From positions 124,001-188,000 of the IMG/VR virus record IMGVR_UViG_3300050120_000152: a stretch of DNA of 64,000 nucleotides; one strand, 5' to 3'. Every line of letters begins with the position of its first letter. Positions within the stretch are counted from its first letter, which is position 1. The notes beneath the pieces are model-generated. The model made no database searches and was not told where the DNA came from. It saw only the letters and a list, made by a program, of their open reading frames with translations. The position numbers were made by a program, and so were the translations under genes. Of the stretch, positions 1-9,083 are shown in pieces.

Positions 1-232
1 GCATTGATATGCATTTTCATGGTGCCAATTCTTATACATTAAGTATCAATGAATATCTCAAACGATTACTCACTTACACGATTAAGCCTATTAAGATTTA
101 TGTAAATAAAGTGGCTTTAAACACTATTGAACCTAAAGCGTTACCACCAGTCATCACACCTATTGAAATTGATTTGACCAATGTGGTAGAATCAGATGAT
201 GATACACCACCATCAACAACCGAAGGATAATT

Positions 233-421
233 ATGAATATTGCAGGAAAGATCGCTGGGATTGTTACATATATTTTACTATTACTTACTGTCATCTATGT
301 TGATTTGACCGCTAATGTAGACCTTTTTGGTCATCTTGTATTTGCCCTCGCTATCGCATTCATTGTGGTTTGTGGTTTGGGCGTTTATAAAGGTGGCGAT
401 GCATCATCTGACCCAGAATAG
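233..421 (+). CDS. small membrane protein
   Basis: 62 aa with two hydrophobic helices; RBS GAAGGA. Confidence 0.6.
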   Translation: MNIAGKIAGIVTYILLLLTVIYVDLTANVDLFGHLVFALAIAFIVVCGLGVYKGGDASSDPE

Positions 422-1071
422 ATCAAACAGGTCAAATAATTATGTTATTATGTAGTAACAAACCACTTAACAAATTAGTGAACAATTTTTTCAATGATAT
501 TGCAAATATTCTTCATCATGTACGAGATAGGGTATCTGATAATAAAGTGTTGAAAGAAGTTGTCTCTCTAAGAGAAACTGTAGTTGCTACTCAATTAAAA
601 TTTGATCCTGATGAAGATTATTCAGAACTTATTGAAATTATAAAATTTTTGGATATTCTTGAATATGTGGTGTTATATACCAAAGAAACGTGGGAATCTT
701 GATATGTCATATTGTCGATGTGGTACTAATAGTGATATGTATGCTTATTGTAGTGGTGATACATATGAATTAATTTTTGCTGGTGCAAAGTTAAAAGAAG
801 GCTCACGTAGACGTTGGAAATATCTAAGTGATATGATGGCTAATAATAATGGTAATCCTCTTAAACAAAGCTCATTATGGGCCGAAATGAAAGAATTGTG
901 GGAACCTATCCCACTCAAATTAGATAAAGCGTCTTATATATTTGATACTCCACGAGAACTTTACAACAAAATGTTGGAAGGTCAAACGGCAGGTTACAAA
1001 GTGCCAAAATATGTTCTAAATCACGTTTTGGCTGATGCCAAATCTTATGAAAAAACAATTAAAGGAAAAAT

Positions 1072-1461
1072 ATGACTGTCGAACATTTTATTCAAGCTAT
1101 TATCGCTATTTCAAGTAGTTATAATTTTTGGCCTTATTGGGTTCCTATCATTATTTGTCTTGTTGGTTATATCTTCAAGACCGTTAAAGAATATAACGAA
1201 GATGTGAAGAATCGTGCTGATTATCTCAGTCAACCAGATTCTGCGCAAATTCAAAGGCGATATATACCAGAATTAGTAGTGGGTCATTTAGTTGGCCGAC
1301 TATTGGTATCATTCATTCCAGTCGTAAATTTTTGTATTGCCTTATTCGTATTTCTTCCAACGCTTGCTCGTGATATCATTGACGTTTGCAGTAATTGGTT
1401 AGATATTCCGCTTGTACCAAAGAAAGAGAAAGCTACTGCAGTAGAAATAAACTCATACTAA
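1072..1461 (+). CDS. hypothetical membrane protein
   Basis: 129 aa with hydrophobic segments; overlaps upstream stop; AAGGAA RBS. Confidence 0.6.
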   Translation: MTVEHFIQAIIAISSSYNFWPYWVPIIICLVGYIFKTVKEYNEDVKNRADYLSQPDSAQIQRRYIPELVVGHLVGRLLVSFIPVVNFCIALFVFLPTLARDIIDVCSNWLDIPLVPKKEKATAVEINSY

Positions 1462-1572
1462 GATTCATATAAGATATATTGTAAATAATCATTTGCCTGT
1501 CACGGTTAATAGACAAGATGAACACACTAGTAATGGTATAATACTCCCATCATAACAACAGGAGAATCCATT

Positions 1573-1923
1573 ATGATTACTAATAAAAATAATAAGAACA
1601 AAAGTATATTATTAGGTTTGATGCTCGTTACACTTGCTACTTCAGCACTTGCCGAAGATATGATAGTACACACAACTATCCCTACAGGGAAAGAATTAGT
1701 AGGTATGTCGGCCAGTGATAGCCGAACCTATATCAACGGTATTCTTGTCAGTGATTTGCATAAGAATAAAAGTTGGACATGTTCAGAAGGGAAAAATTGG
1801 ACGATTGATGCTAGAGATGATTTGATATTGAAGAAACTCAATGATAACGCTACCGAGCAAATGAAACCTGCACCCGAAGCTATCTGGGATGTTTACAAGG
1901 ATGCATGTTCGACTCCTATGTGA
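1573..1923 (+). CDS. secreted protein, Rap1a/Tai4-immunity-like
   Basis: Signal peptide, then TGKELV..TYINGIL..C..C pattern; own promoter, AGGAGA RBS and terminator. Confidence 0.4.
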   Translation: MITNKNNKNKSILLGLMLVTLATSALAEDMIVHTTIPTGKELVGMSASDSRTYINGILVSDLHKNKSWTCSEGKNWTIDARDDLILKKLNDNATEQMKPAPEAIWDVYKDACSTPM

Positions 1924-1945
1924 TATCATAGACAAGATCGAGCGC

Positions 1946-1975
1946 AAAACAAGCCCCTTTCGGGGCTTGTTTTTA
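1946..1975. terminator. intrinsic terminator
   Basis: AAAACAAGCCCC-TTTC-GGGGCTTGTTTT. Confidence 0.85.
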
Positions 1976-2389
1976 TTGTCAAAACTCTTGAATTAGAGTG
2001 ATACTCTATGTATAATACGAAAAGGTTTTTGGAACAATTCATCAGGAAAAATCATGAATTTTAAATATATTTTAGTATCATTTACTCTACTATCAATGTC
2101 AACCACTAAAACTGCAACATCTTTTCAGATATACAACTGATGATGAAATTACACCCAGAAAAATTAAATATTGTAGATATTCTTGCTATGCTTTATCTAG
2201 GCTTTATCTACTGGATATGTATCTATGTAGGTATAACTGCTGCATTTACCGGGCAACGGGCTATTCTATCTATGATAGGCCTGTTATTTGGTGCAACATC
2301 TCTCGCTACAGGAAACATGATTAGATATTATTTGTATGCTGGAATTATTACTCTTGACAAATGATATAAATAAGATATACTAGATTTAT

Positions 2390-2459
2390 GTAGAAGTCTT
2401 CTAAGCAGGATATACCCCATCGAGGGGTAAGATATTGGTATCGAATCCAAAATTCTACG
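2390..2459 (+). ncRNA. degenerate tRNA-like RNA (loop CAUCGAG)
   Basis: Acceptor GTAGAAG/ATTCTAC, stem TACCC/GGGTA, 8-nt T-loop TATCGAAT; lacks U33. Confidence 0.5.
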
Positions 2460-2465
2460 CCTAAT

Positions 2466-2473
2466 TATAAATA
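2466..2473 (+). promoter_or_regulatory. T4-type late promoter TATAAATA (also 3702, 11816, 41150 on +; 6535, 41104 on -)
   Basis: Exact TATAAATA just upstream of tRNA genes and of both minus-strand HNH genes; T4 gp55 consensus. Confidence 0.65.
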
Positions 2474-2480
2474 GATTTAT

Positions 2481-2567
2481 GCGTCTTTGGGTGAGTGGCT
2501 GAAACCATCAGTTTTCCAAACTGAAACCTGCGAAAGTAGGTCAAGAGTTCGAATCTCTTAGGACGCT
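2481..2567 (+). tRNA. trnG: tRNA-Gly(TCC) with long variable arm
   Basis: GCGTCTT/AGGACGC, U73, TCAGT-TTTCCAA-ACTGA, variable hairpin CCTGC-GAAA-GTAGG. Confidence 0.85.
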
Positions 2568-2574
2568 CAAATAT

Positions 2575-2645
2575 GCGGGATTGGCATATTGGTTGTGTCT
2601 CAGATTTCCAATCTGATCAAAGGAGTTCGATTCTCCTATCCCGCT
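2575..2645 (+). tRNA. trnG: tRNA-Gly(TCC)
   Basis: GCGGGAT/ATCCCGC, TCAGA-TTTCCAA-TCTGA, AGGAG-TTCGATT-CTCCT; CCA not encoded. Confidence 0.9.
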
Positions 2646-2680
2646 CATATGATAAATAGTATAAGTAACGGAAACGGCTT

Positions 2681-3325
2681 ATGTATACTGTTTATCAAAC
2701 AACATGTCTTGTGAACTCCAAATTTTATATTGGAGTTCACAAGACAGATGATCCAAATGATGATTATCTCGGATCAGGAAAAGTGCTAAAACGAGCTATC
2801 GAAAAATATGGTGTCTCATCTTTTAAGAAAGAAATATTGCACATATTTGATGAAGCAAGAGAAGCATTCTTGAAGGAACAAGAATTGGTTACTGAAGCTC
2901 TTATAGCAAGTGATTTATGTTATAATTTGAAGCTTGGTGGTCAAGGTGGATGGGAATATAATAATGATGGCTCGGAAGAGCATCGAGAAAGATGCAAAAT
3001 TGGTGCGCTAAAAACTAATCAGATATTAACACCAAATGCTCGCCGTGAACGTAGTCGAAAATCTGCGAACACTAAATGGAAAACCAATTATGATAAAATG
3101 GCAGATATTAATAGAAGAGTATCTAAACAATCTTTAGAATTGAAAATTGGTATATATTCCGAATTAGCTATAGAAAATCGAAAGAGAAAGTTTAAAGAAA
3201 TAAATCATCAATCAGGATCAAAAAATTCAAATTTTGGTACTATGTGGATTACTGATGGAATTTCAAATAAAAAGTTAAAGAACACTGACAACATACCAGA
3301 ATTTTGGTATAAAGGTAGAGTTTAA
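2681..3325 (+). CDS. Seg-like GIY-YIG homing endonuclease
   Basis: VYQTTCLVNSKFYIGVHKT..YLGSG..YNL N-terminal domain; located in tRNA cluster like T4 segB. Confidence 0.85.
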   Translation: MYTVYQTTCLVNSKFYIGVHKTDDPNDDYLGSGKVLKRAIEKYGVSSFKKEILHIFDEAREAFLKEQELVTEALIASDLCYNLKLGGQGGWEYNNDGSEEHRERCKIGALKTNQILTPNARRERSRKSANTKWKTNYDKMADINRRVSKQSLELKIGIYSELAIENRKRKFKEINHQSGSKNSNFGTMWITDGISNKKLKNTDNIPEFWYKGRV

Positions 3326-3350
3326 ATTTTTCATCATATGATGCCCAAGG

Positions 3351-3527
3351 GTCAGGATAGTTCCGATGGTATCTAGTCTGAATGACATTATATGAGTTAG
3401 ACCATCAGTTATTATGTGGGTCGCGCTACCTTGACCGGATAGCTAGTTAGGAAATAAACCTGACGAATAAAATGGCAATTCAATAGCCATAAAAATCTCA
3501 AACTTAGAGAACACAAGTCGTCCTGAC
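3351..3527 (+). ncRNA. candidate structured RNA
   Basis: GTCAGGA/TCCTGAC closing stem enclosing at least 4 hairpins; ORF-free. Confidence 0.45.
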
Positions 3528-3593
3528 AGACGTTATCCATAATTGACATACAAGAAATTTAGTCGATTTCTTATTATGGAGTCAAAATTTTAT

Positions 3594-3688
3594 GGAAGAA
3601 TAAGCCGAGTCGGTCTAGCGGTGGCTCATTCGAAATGAGAAGGCCCATGAAAATGGGTGTGAGAGTTCAAGTCTCTCTTCTTCCGCCA
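3594..3688 (+). tRNA. trnS: tRNA-Ser(CGA)
   Basis: GGAAGAA/TTCTTCC, G73, CCA, loop TTCGAAA, long variable arm. Confidence 0.92.
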
Positions 3689-3716
3689 GTTTTACAATTT
3701 GTATAAATAGATTTAC

Positions 3717-3811
3717 GGAAAAGTGTCCGAGAGGCTTATGGTGATATCTTGGAAAGATATTGAGCCAGCTTAAAACTGGCTCCGTGGGTTCGAATCCCTC
3801 CTTTTCCGCCA
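3717..3811 (+). tRNA. trnS: tRNA-Ser(GGA)
   Basis: ATATC-TTGGAAA-GATAT, long variable arm, G73, CCA. Confidence 0.93.
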
Positions 3812-3906
3812 ATTTTAAAACCCGTAGCTGGTCAGGGCTAACGCCACCATCGCTAACACTGGACAATGGGTAACCAGTAGTGTATAATAAGTATTAAATT
3901 TGTAAT

Positions 3907-3999
3907 GGAGAGCCTACCGTATTGGTGAACGGCACGGTCTTGAAAACCGTTTGATCCCTGAAAGGGGGTTTGTGAGTTCGACTCTCACGTTCTCCGCCA
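3907..3999 (+). tRNA. trnS: tRNA-Ser(TGA)
   Basis: ACGGT-CTTGAAA-ACCGT, long variable arm, G73, CCA. Confidence 0.93.
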
Positions 4000-4009
4000 A
4001 TTATAATAT

Positions 4010-4065
4010 GCCTGCCAGTGGCTTACGAGCCACGTTCCATCCGGAGAAGGGTGGGGTGGGCACCA
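4010..4065 (+). ncRNA. D-armless 56-nt tRNA-like RNA
   Basis: GCCTGCC/GGTGGGC-A-CCA; GTGGC-TTACGA-GCCAC; CCATCC-GGAGAA-GGGTGG. Confidence 0.65.
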
Positions 4066-4336
4066 ATTTGATTAACATTAAAATATATTACGGACGATTA
4101 CGAAACGTCTTATATGAAAGTTGCGGATTGTACCCATGTATTGAATAATTCGGCTGTGCACAGTGTCAGAATGAGTAGATACGTATCGCGCCCATTAAAC
4201 ATGGGCAAGGTTGATTGATCATTTTCCATAACGTGGGGTTCTGTTAATCAAAATTTTATTAGCCACCATTTATGAATATGAATGGTGGTTTTTTATTGAG
4301 TTGACACTTTAGTTATACGTGATAATATGACGATAT

Positions 4337-4435
4337 GCCGGGCAATTTCCAGTATTTGCTGGTACGAATCAATAAGAGTTATCATTGCTGATACAGTGAT
4401 AGCACGTAGGGTAGAATAAACCCAACCCGGCTCCA
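4337..4435 (+). ncRNA. CCA-ended tRNA-like RNA
   Basis: GCCGGG/CCCGGC-T-CCA; three internal hairpins; follows a TTGACA/GATAAT promoter. Confidence 0.6.
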
Positions 4436-4745
4436 ACTAAGGAATAATAATGCACATTTTTGATGTTGACACCATGCATGGTAATGTATACAATCGCTTG
4501 AACATCGCCTTGGGTGCATTAAAGCGATATGCGATTTATCATAATAAAAATGTGGTTATAAATCGGATGTATCTGTCTGGTACTGAAATCAAATTGAATA
4601 TTTCTATTAATGGTTGTATGTTTTTACTGACCATGGATCAAGATAGGATTACAATTTCTAAATTTAATGCGCAAACTTCGGTATCTACAAATTATCCAAT
4701 AACAATAGATCAAATTGACGATGGTACTTTTATGGAAAATTTAAA

Positions 4746-4925
4746 ATGAAAATTTATAAAATAGAATCGGGTGACACATTAAGTCAGCTTGCAAAATACT
4801 TTGATGTTTCGTTATCTGCTATCATGTTTGTTAATCCAACATTAATCAATGCTGACAATATTATTGCAGGAGATTGGCTTTACATTCCTACTATTCTTCA
4901 TCATGCTCTTGAAAAGACGTATTGA
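4746..4925 (+). CDS. stand-alone LysM domain protein (59 aa, below ORF-track cutoff)
   Basis: MKIYKIESGDTLSQLAKYFDVSLSAIMFVNPTLINADNIIAGDWLYIP is a textbook LysM pattern. Confidence 0.85.
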   Translation: MKIYKIESGDTLSQLAKYFDVSLSAIMFVNPTLINADNIIAGDWLYIPTILHHALEKTY

Positions 4926-4966
4926 CAAATAACATTAATGTGATATAATGTATATGTAATGGCGGT

Positions 4967-5095
4967 ACACGGCGGTATGAAGAATTTGGGAATGGGCGTG
5001 GAACATCATCGGCAAATGTGTTTCTTTGGGATGCCATATCACCGCGCCTACCGTGCGGAGTCCTCTGGACATAGGCCAACTCACCGATGCCCATT
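4967..5095 (+). ncRNA. candidate pseudoknotted RNA
   Basis: GC-rich island; CACGG/CCGTG, GCGGT/ACCGC and crossing AATGGGC/GCCCATT. Confidence 0.4.
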
Positions 5096-5521
5096 ATACA
5101 TATATTGACATGTAGTATAGTATCACTTAAGTTAACCAACGGCGTATAATAATATTGTATTATTGTCCGAGTTTGCTTGTTTCTCCCACCTGTAAATGGA
5201 TTATGTGTATACGCATTATTCATGATAAAGTCTTCAAGTGCCAAGGTTGGCAAATTACCGACCAAAAGTGGGAAACCGTTGGAATATTTTAAAATTTTTG
5301 TTATAGAGTAGCTATGATTGGGTAGTAAGCGAAAAGTTTGAGAAAACTTGCCATAGAAGGTTAAAGCCCTGTAGATGAATTCGAATTTCATATGAATTCC
5401 ACAACCAAAGCAAATTCTAGAAATTGTGAGTAGAGTGACAGGAGCGATCTATAACAAATATTATTGTGTTGCATGTGTCAAAACGATGTGGTATTATGTT
5501 AAACATAAAGGAAAGTAATTA

Positions 5522-5698
5522 ATGAAGACTGTAAAGAAAGAATTTGTTGAGGGTGTTGAACGTAAGCATCGCCAGAATCGTAATACCTTGGCTTCTCTTT
5601 TAAAGAGTCGCGCAAAGATTTTTTGGGCAACTACCAAAGGTACGTATAGTGTTGGTAAAAATGCTGCAAAACGTGCGAAAAAGTTGAAAACAGCATAA
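5522..5698 (+). CDS. small basic protein (58 aa)
   Basis: MKTVKKEFVEG...AKRAKKLKTA; AAGGA RBS; promoter upstream. Confidence 0.65.
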   Translation: MKTVKKEFVEGVERKHRQNRNTLASLLKSRAKIFWATTKGTYSVGKNAAKRAKKLKTA

Positions 5699-5721
5699 AT
5701 AGAAATACAAAATTAAATTGA

Positions 5722-5799
5722 TGCGAGTTATATTAACGGTAGATTGGATGGCTCATAACCATCATATGGATTAGGGTTCGAATCCCCCACTCGCCACCA
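5722..5799 (+). tRNA. trnM: tRNA-Met(CAT), initiator-like
   Basis: GATGG-CTCATAA-CCATC; U1:C72 mismatch; A73; CCA. Confidence 0.85.
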
Positions 5800-5814
5800 T
5801 TAATAAAGCCAAGA

Positions 5815-6507
5815 TTATATCTTGGCTTTATTTTTACTACGATACCCTTTTGGTGGCTTAGTTATTTGTAACAATTTACACCGATGATTAATAGCATTAT
5901 CAGATACATTATAATATTTTGCTACATGAACTATTGGAAACTTCCATACTAATTGCTCTAATTCTTCTTTAGTTGGATCAAATTTTCTATGAATTATTTT
6001 TGGAGGTTTTTCTTTCTTATTATTTCTTCCACAATATGTAGAAGTCTGCGAATGACAATTTGGGCAAAGAAAACACAGGTTCTCTAATCTATTATCATTT
6101 CCGACACCATTTTTATGTTCTAGATGCAATACTAAAGGTTTTCCTTCATGGAATCCTTCATTTGGACAAGCATTGCATTTATATTCAATAATATTATGTT
6201 TTAGTATATATTTTTTAAATTTTTCTCGTTGTGCAGTAGAATTTTCTATAAACTCTTCAGCGCAATTTCTTGATTTTTTAAATTGTAATAATGGATTACG
6301 ATTCTTTAAAAAATTTTGATGATTAAGTTTAAATTGCGATAAATCTATACCTTGCTTTTCAGCAATTATTTTTATGGTTCTATAAGTTCCCCCTGTAGTA
6401 GCATTAACCTCACATTTTGTTAATATTTCATGTAAGCTGTTTGATGTATCATAAAAATCTTGTAATTGTTCTTTAGATATATCCCATATTTTTGAATAAC
6501 GTGCCAT
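5815..6507 (-). CDS. HNH homing endonuclease
   Basis: CNAC..LHLEHKNGVGNDNRLENLCFLCPNCHSQT; late promoter upstream. Confidence 0.9.
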   Translation of the reverse strand: MARYSKIWDISKEQLQDFYDTSNSLHEILTKCEVNATTGGTYRTIKIIAEKQGIDLSQFKLNHQNFLKNRNPLLQFKKSRNCAEEFIENSTAQREKFKKYILKHNIIEYKCNACPNEGFHEGKPLVLHLEHKNGVGNDNRLENLCFLCPNCHSQTSTYCGRNNKKEKPPKIIHRKFDPTKEELEQLVWKFPIVHVAKYYNVSDNAINHRCKLLQITKPPKGYRSKNKAKI

Positions 6508-6650
6508 GATTCGAACCTATTTGTTGATTCATAGTATTTATACAAGTTCGAATCAAATGTCATATACGTACTTGACATGATAAATAAATCTGTTATACTT
6601 AACTCAAGACAACAAAATGTGATGTGGGCATATCCTCAACTTCATGCGCA

Positions 6651-6693
6651 GGGATATCATCGGGATATCATCGGGATATCATCGGGAAATCAC
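6651..6693 (+). repeat. 11-bp tandem repeat GGGATATCATC x3 plus partial copy
   Basis: Read directly from sequence. Confidence 0.85.
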
Positions 6694-6949
6694 GACCAAT
6701 TTGAAACTTCGATACTAGTCCTCCCGCGTTTTTCATGAAAACATAAGGCTTAACCGCGTGTAGTATCAACCAATTTATATTGTTATCCTCTGAAAGATTT
6801 AGCGATTTACAGCAATGTGATAAACCGTCTTGATTATGCTAGTATCTGTAGCTTGTAGACATTGCAGTGAAGAGTAATCATTAGAATAACGGCAGTGCTA
6901 GGTTCCGCCATGATAACATTTCTTTTTACTAACTTTATGAGGACATATT

Positions 6950-7345
6950 ATGAAAACTACGTTAGAACTTTTGAAAGCTGAGGGCTATGAGCCCATCAAA
7001 ATGCCAAAGACCATTAAAAATAAGTGGTTAAATGCTTTACGTTCTGGTGAATATGATCAAGCAACGGGAGCATTATATGATGATAATATTGATGGTGATG
7101 GGAATCCCGGTTTTTGTTGCTTAGGTGTCTTGCAACATTGTTTGACAGGTGGTGTAGAATTCGATGGTGGTATATCTGGAGCAGTTCCATCCGATGAATG
7201 GCTTGATGAATTTAATATTAAAACTAATGACTTTCAAGTCTTTTACAAAGATGATGTACAAACTTTGGCAGACCTCAATGATTGTGAAGGCTTGACCTTT
7301 AAGCAAATCGCTAATATCATTGAAAAACAGGTCGTTGGTGTTTAA
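6950..7345 (+). CDS. WxxALRSG-family phage protein
   Basis: WLNALRSGEY, FCCLGVLQ, LNDC..FKQIA; paralog of the 33.4-36.3 kb array. Confidence 0.8.
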   Translation: MKTTLELLKAEGYEPIKMPKTIKNKWLNALRSGEYDQATGALYDDNIDGDGNPGFCCLGVLQHCLTGGVEFDGGISGAVPSDEWLDEFNIKTNDFQVFYKDDVQTLADLNDCEGLTFKQIANIIEKQVVGV

Positions 7346-7355
7346 AGATTAAGTT

Positions 7356-7498
7356 GCAGTAATGACGGAATTGGTAGACGTGGCGGACTAAACCGACCTC
7401 TGAAAAGTAGAGAGGATAATCGTTAGATAATGGTGTAAATCGGCTGTCCTAGTTACTAACGTATCGAAGACGTGTAGGTTCAAATCCTACTTATTGCG
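7356..7498 (+). ncRNA. tRNA-Leu-like scaffold with about 58 extra nt replacing the anticodon arm
   Basis: GCAGTAA/TTATTGC, Leu-type D arm GACGGAATTGGTAGACGT, T arm GTAGG-TTCAAAT-CCTAC. Confidence 0.7.
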
Positions 7499-7507
7499 AT
7501 GTTTTAT

Positions 7508-7624
7508 ACGTACATAGCTCAGTCTGGGAGAGCAGCCCCGTAGGAGGGGTAAGTTAAATCAATTTGACGTTTAGGCGTTGCAATGCGATACTGGTCGGTG
7601 GTTCGAATCCATCTGTGCGTACCA
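7508..7624 (+). ncRNA. expanded tRNA-like RNA (Pro-like D arm)
   Basis: ACGTACA/TGTGCGT-A-CCA; GCCCC-GTAGGA-GGGGT; 46-nt two-hairpin variable region; canonical T arm. Confidence 0.7.
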
Positions 7625-7723
7625 AATTTAGGAGAATCCCGGTTCGATTCTGGGAGTGCCATGGGCAATGCACAGTCAACCCCGGCGCTAGATTATACGG
7701 CTAAATCGCCTTTAATAAATCAT

Positions 7724-7802
7724 GGGAGCGTAGTTTCAACATAGGTAAAACACGATGCTGGCAGCATTGAGAACCGGGAGCATGTCCACGGCGCATCCAC
7801 CA
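7724..7802 (+). tRNA. atypical tRNA-Ala(GGC)
   Basis: G3:U70, A73, CCA, CGATG-CTGGCAG-CATTG; T-loop AGCATGT is non-canonical. Confidence 0.55.
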
Positions 7803-7871
7803 TATAATACATTGACACTCTAATGAGATTAAAGTATAATTCAAACTCATTTTACTTAGCGAGGGTTATCT

Positions 7872-8429
7872 GTGATGGACAAGAATTTATTTTCTGATGA
7901 AGAATATGCAGAATTGTTTTCTGATGAAACTTCTGTAAAACAGCGTAAAGCTTTGCTTAAACAAGCATCATTGCGGGTTAATTACTTAGTTCATATGATC
8001 TGTACTATGTTTAGCTATAAGTTGGATTGGTGGGATTTTGATAATGAAGATAGGGATGTTGAAAAACATGGTCATTTTGATCCTGATGTTTATACCAAAT
8101 CTATTAAGGTAATTGGGGACTGGAAATCCTTTAATAAAAATAATGAACCGGCAATCAAAGCTCTTGGTGATTATCTACAAGATTATTATAATGAGTTTGA
8201 GTTTGAATATGGATATATACCTTCTGGCTGGTTGAAAGAAGATATAACTGAAGATTTGCAACAACATGTTGACACGTTTTTGAAGGTAATTTATCCGCAA
8301 CAACAGACTACTGAGGCTGCAAAAAAAGCTGCAAAGGATACACATTTGCGTGCTTTACGCAATTCTATCAAAAATAAATTAACATCCGAAGAATATGCTT
8401 TGATTACCTTTCCAAAGCATTTGTTATAA
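7872..8429 (+). CDS. hypothetical protein
   Basis: 185 aa ORF with promoter and GAGG RBS. Confidence 0.65.
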   Translation: MMDKNLFSDEEYAELFSDETSVKQRKALLKQASLRVNYLVHMICTMFSYKLDWWDFDNEDRDVEKHGHFDPDVYTKSIKVIGDWKSFNKNNEPAIKALGDYLQDYYNEFEFEYGYIPSGWLKEDITEDLQQHVDTFLKVIYPQQQTTEAAKKAAKDTHLRALRNSIKNKLTSEEYALITFPKHLL

Positions 8430-8434
8430 AATAT

Positions 8435-8501
8435 GGTAAGTGCTGGCTGGCTCGGGATCATGACCTGATACAAGTAGGATCGTTCCCTACGCTTACCACC
8501 A
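8435..8501 (+). ncRNA. truncated tRNA-like RNA
   Basis: GGTAAGT/GCTTACC-A-CCA; GTAGG-ATCGTTC-CCTAC; D arm reduced. Confidence 0.55.
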
Positions 8502-8924
8502 ATTTAGAGAATTATCATGGATTTATCAACTTCAATCGAATATCGTGAAATATTCAAAATACATTCAGAATCATTTTCTTACTTACGTAGAAAGAATGGC
8601 AGCAAAATAGCTCCAAATTATGATAGTATTCGTGGGTACGGAAGTCAATACATGCATCATTCGTTTAATTATGCAGATATGACTTATAATAATTACAAAC
8701 GATTTATGATTGCTAGAGTTAGACAATGTGAATCTATTGGCCATTATCATGGTATGATTGTAAATCGTGGTGGTCATCCTAAAACGAATACGACTGAAAC
8801 ATGTTATCGTCATTTGCGACGAATGATTAAAGATGGCGTATTACGAATGGAAAAGCGAAAGGCATATGGTAGAAACATTTTATCGGTACTGGTTGTTGTA
8901 TAATAATAATAATTATAGAGATAT

Positions 8925-9067
8925 GTAGTACGAGGGAGCTAGGAAACCCAACGGCACTGAAGCCGTCGCCCATAAAGAATCTTAAGAGCTTGGTCAAAAT
9001 AGGGTTAACACTGTTAGATTGAGTGATATCAGGGCTTGCCACGAGCGTTACGTGTGGTACTACACCA
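8925..9067 (+). ncRNA. 143-nt CCA-ended RNA
   Basis: GTAGTAC/GTACTAC-A-CCA; ACGGC-ACTGAA-GCCGT; CACG-AGCGTTA-CGTG. Confidence 0.6.
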
Positions 9068-9083
9068 AATATAGAGAGTTACA

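Noticed and set aside
3615-4148. Track ORFs 3615-3866, 3951-4148, 56339-56914 and 40487-40669
   Set aside because: They are shadows of tRNA genes or tRNA-like RNAs.
4891-5391. 166-aa minus-strand ORF, and many antisense ORFs such as 51598-52392, 18806-19228 and 46599-47144
   Set aside because: They lie antisense to better-supported genes or RNAs, with no RBS or motifs.
7630-7660. Isolated T arm CCCGG-TTCGATT-CTGGG
   Set aside because: No acceptor or anticodon arm found; probably a tRNA remnant.
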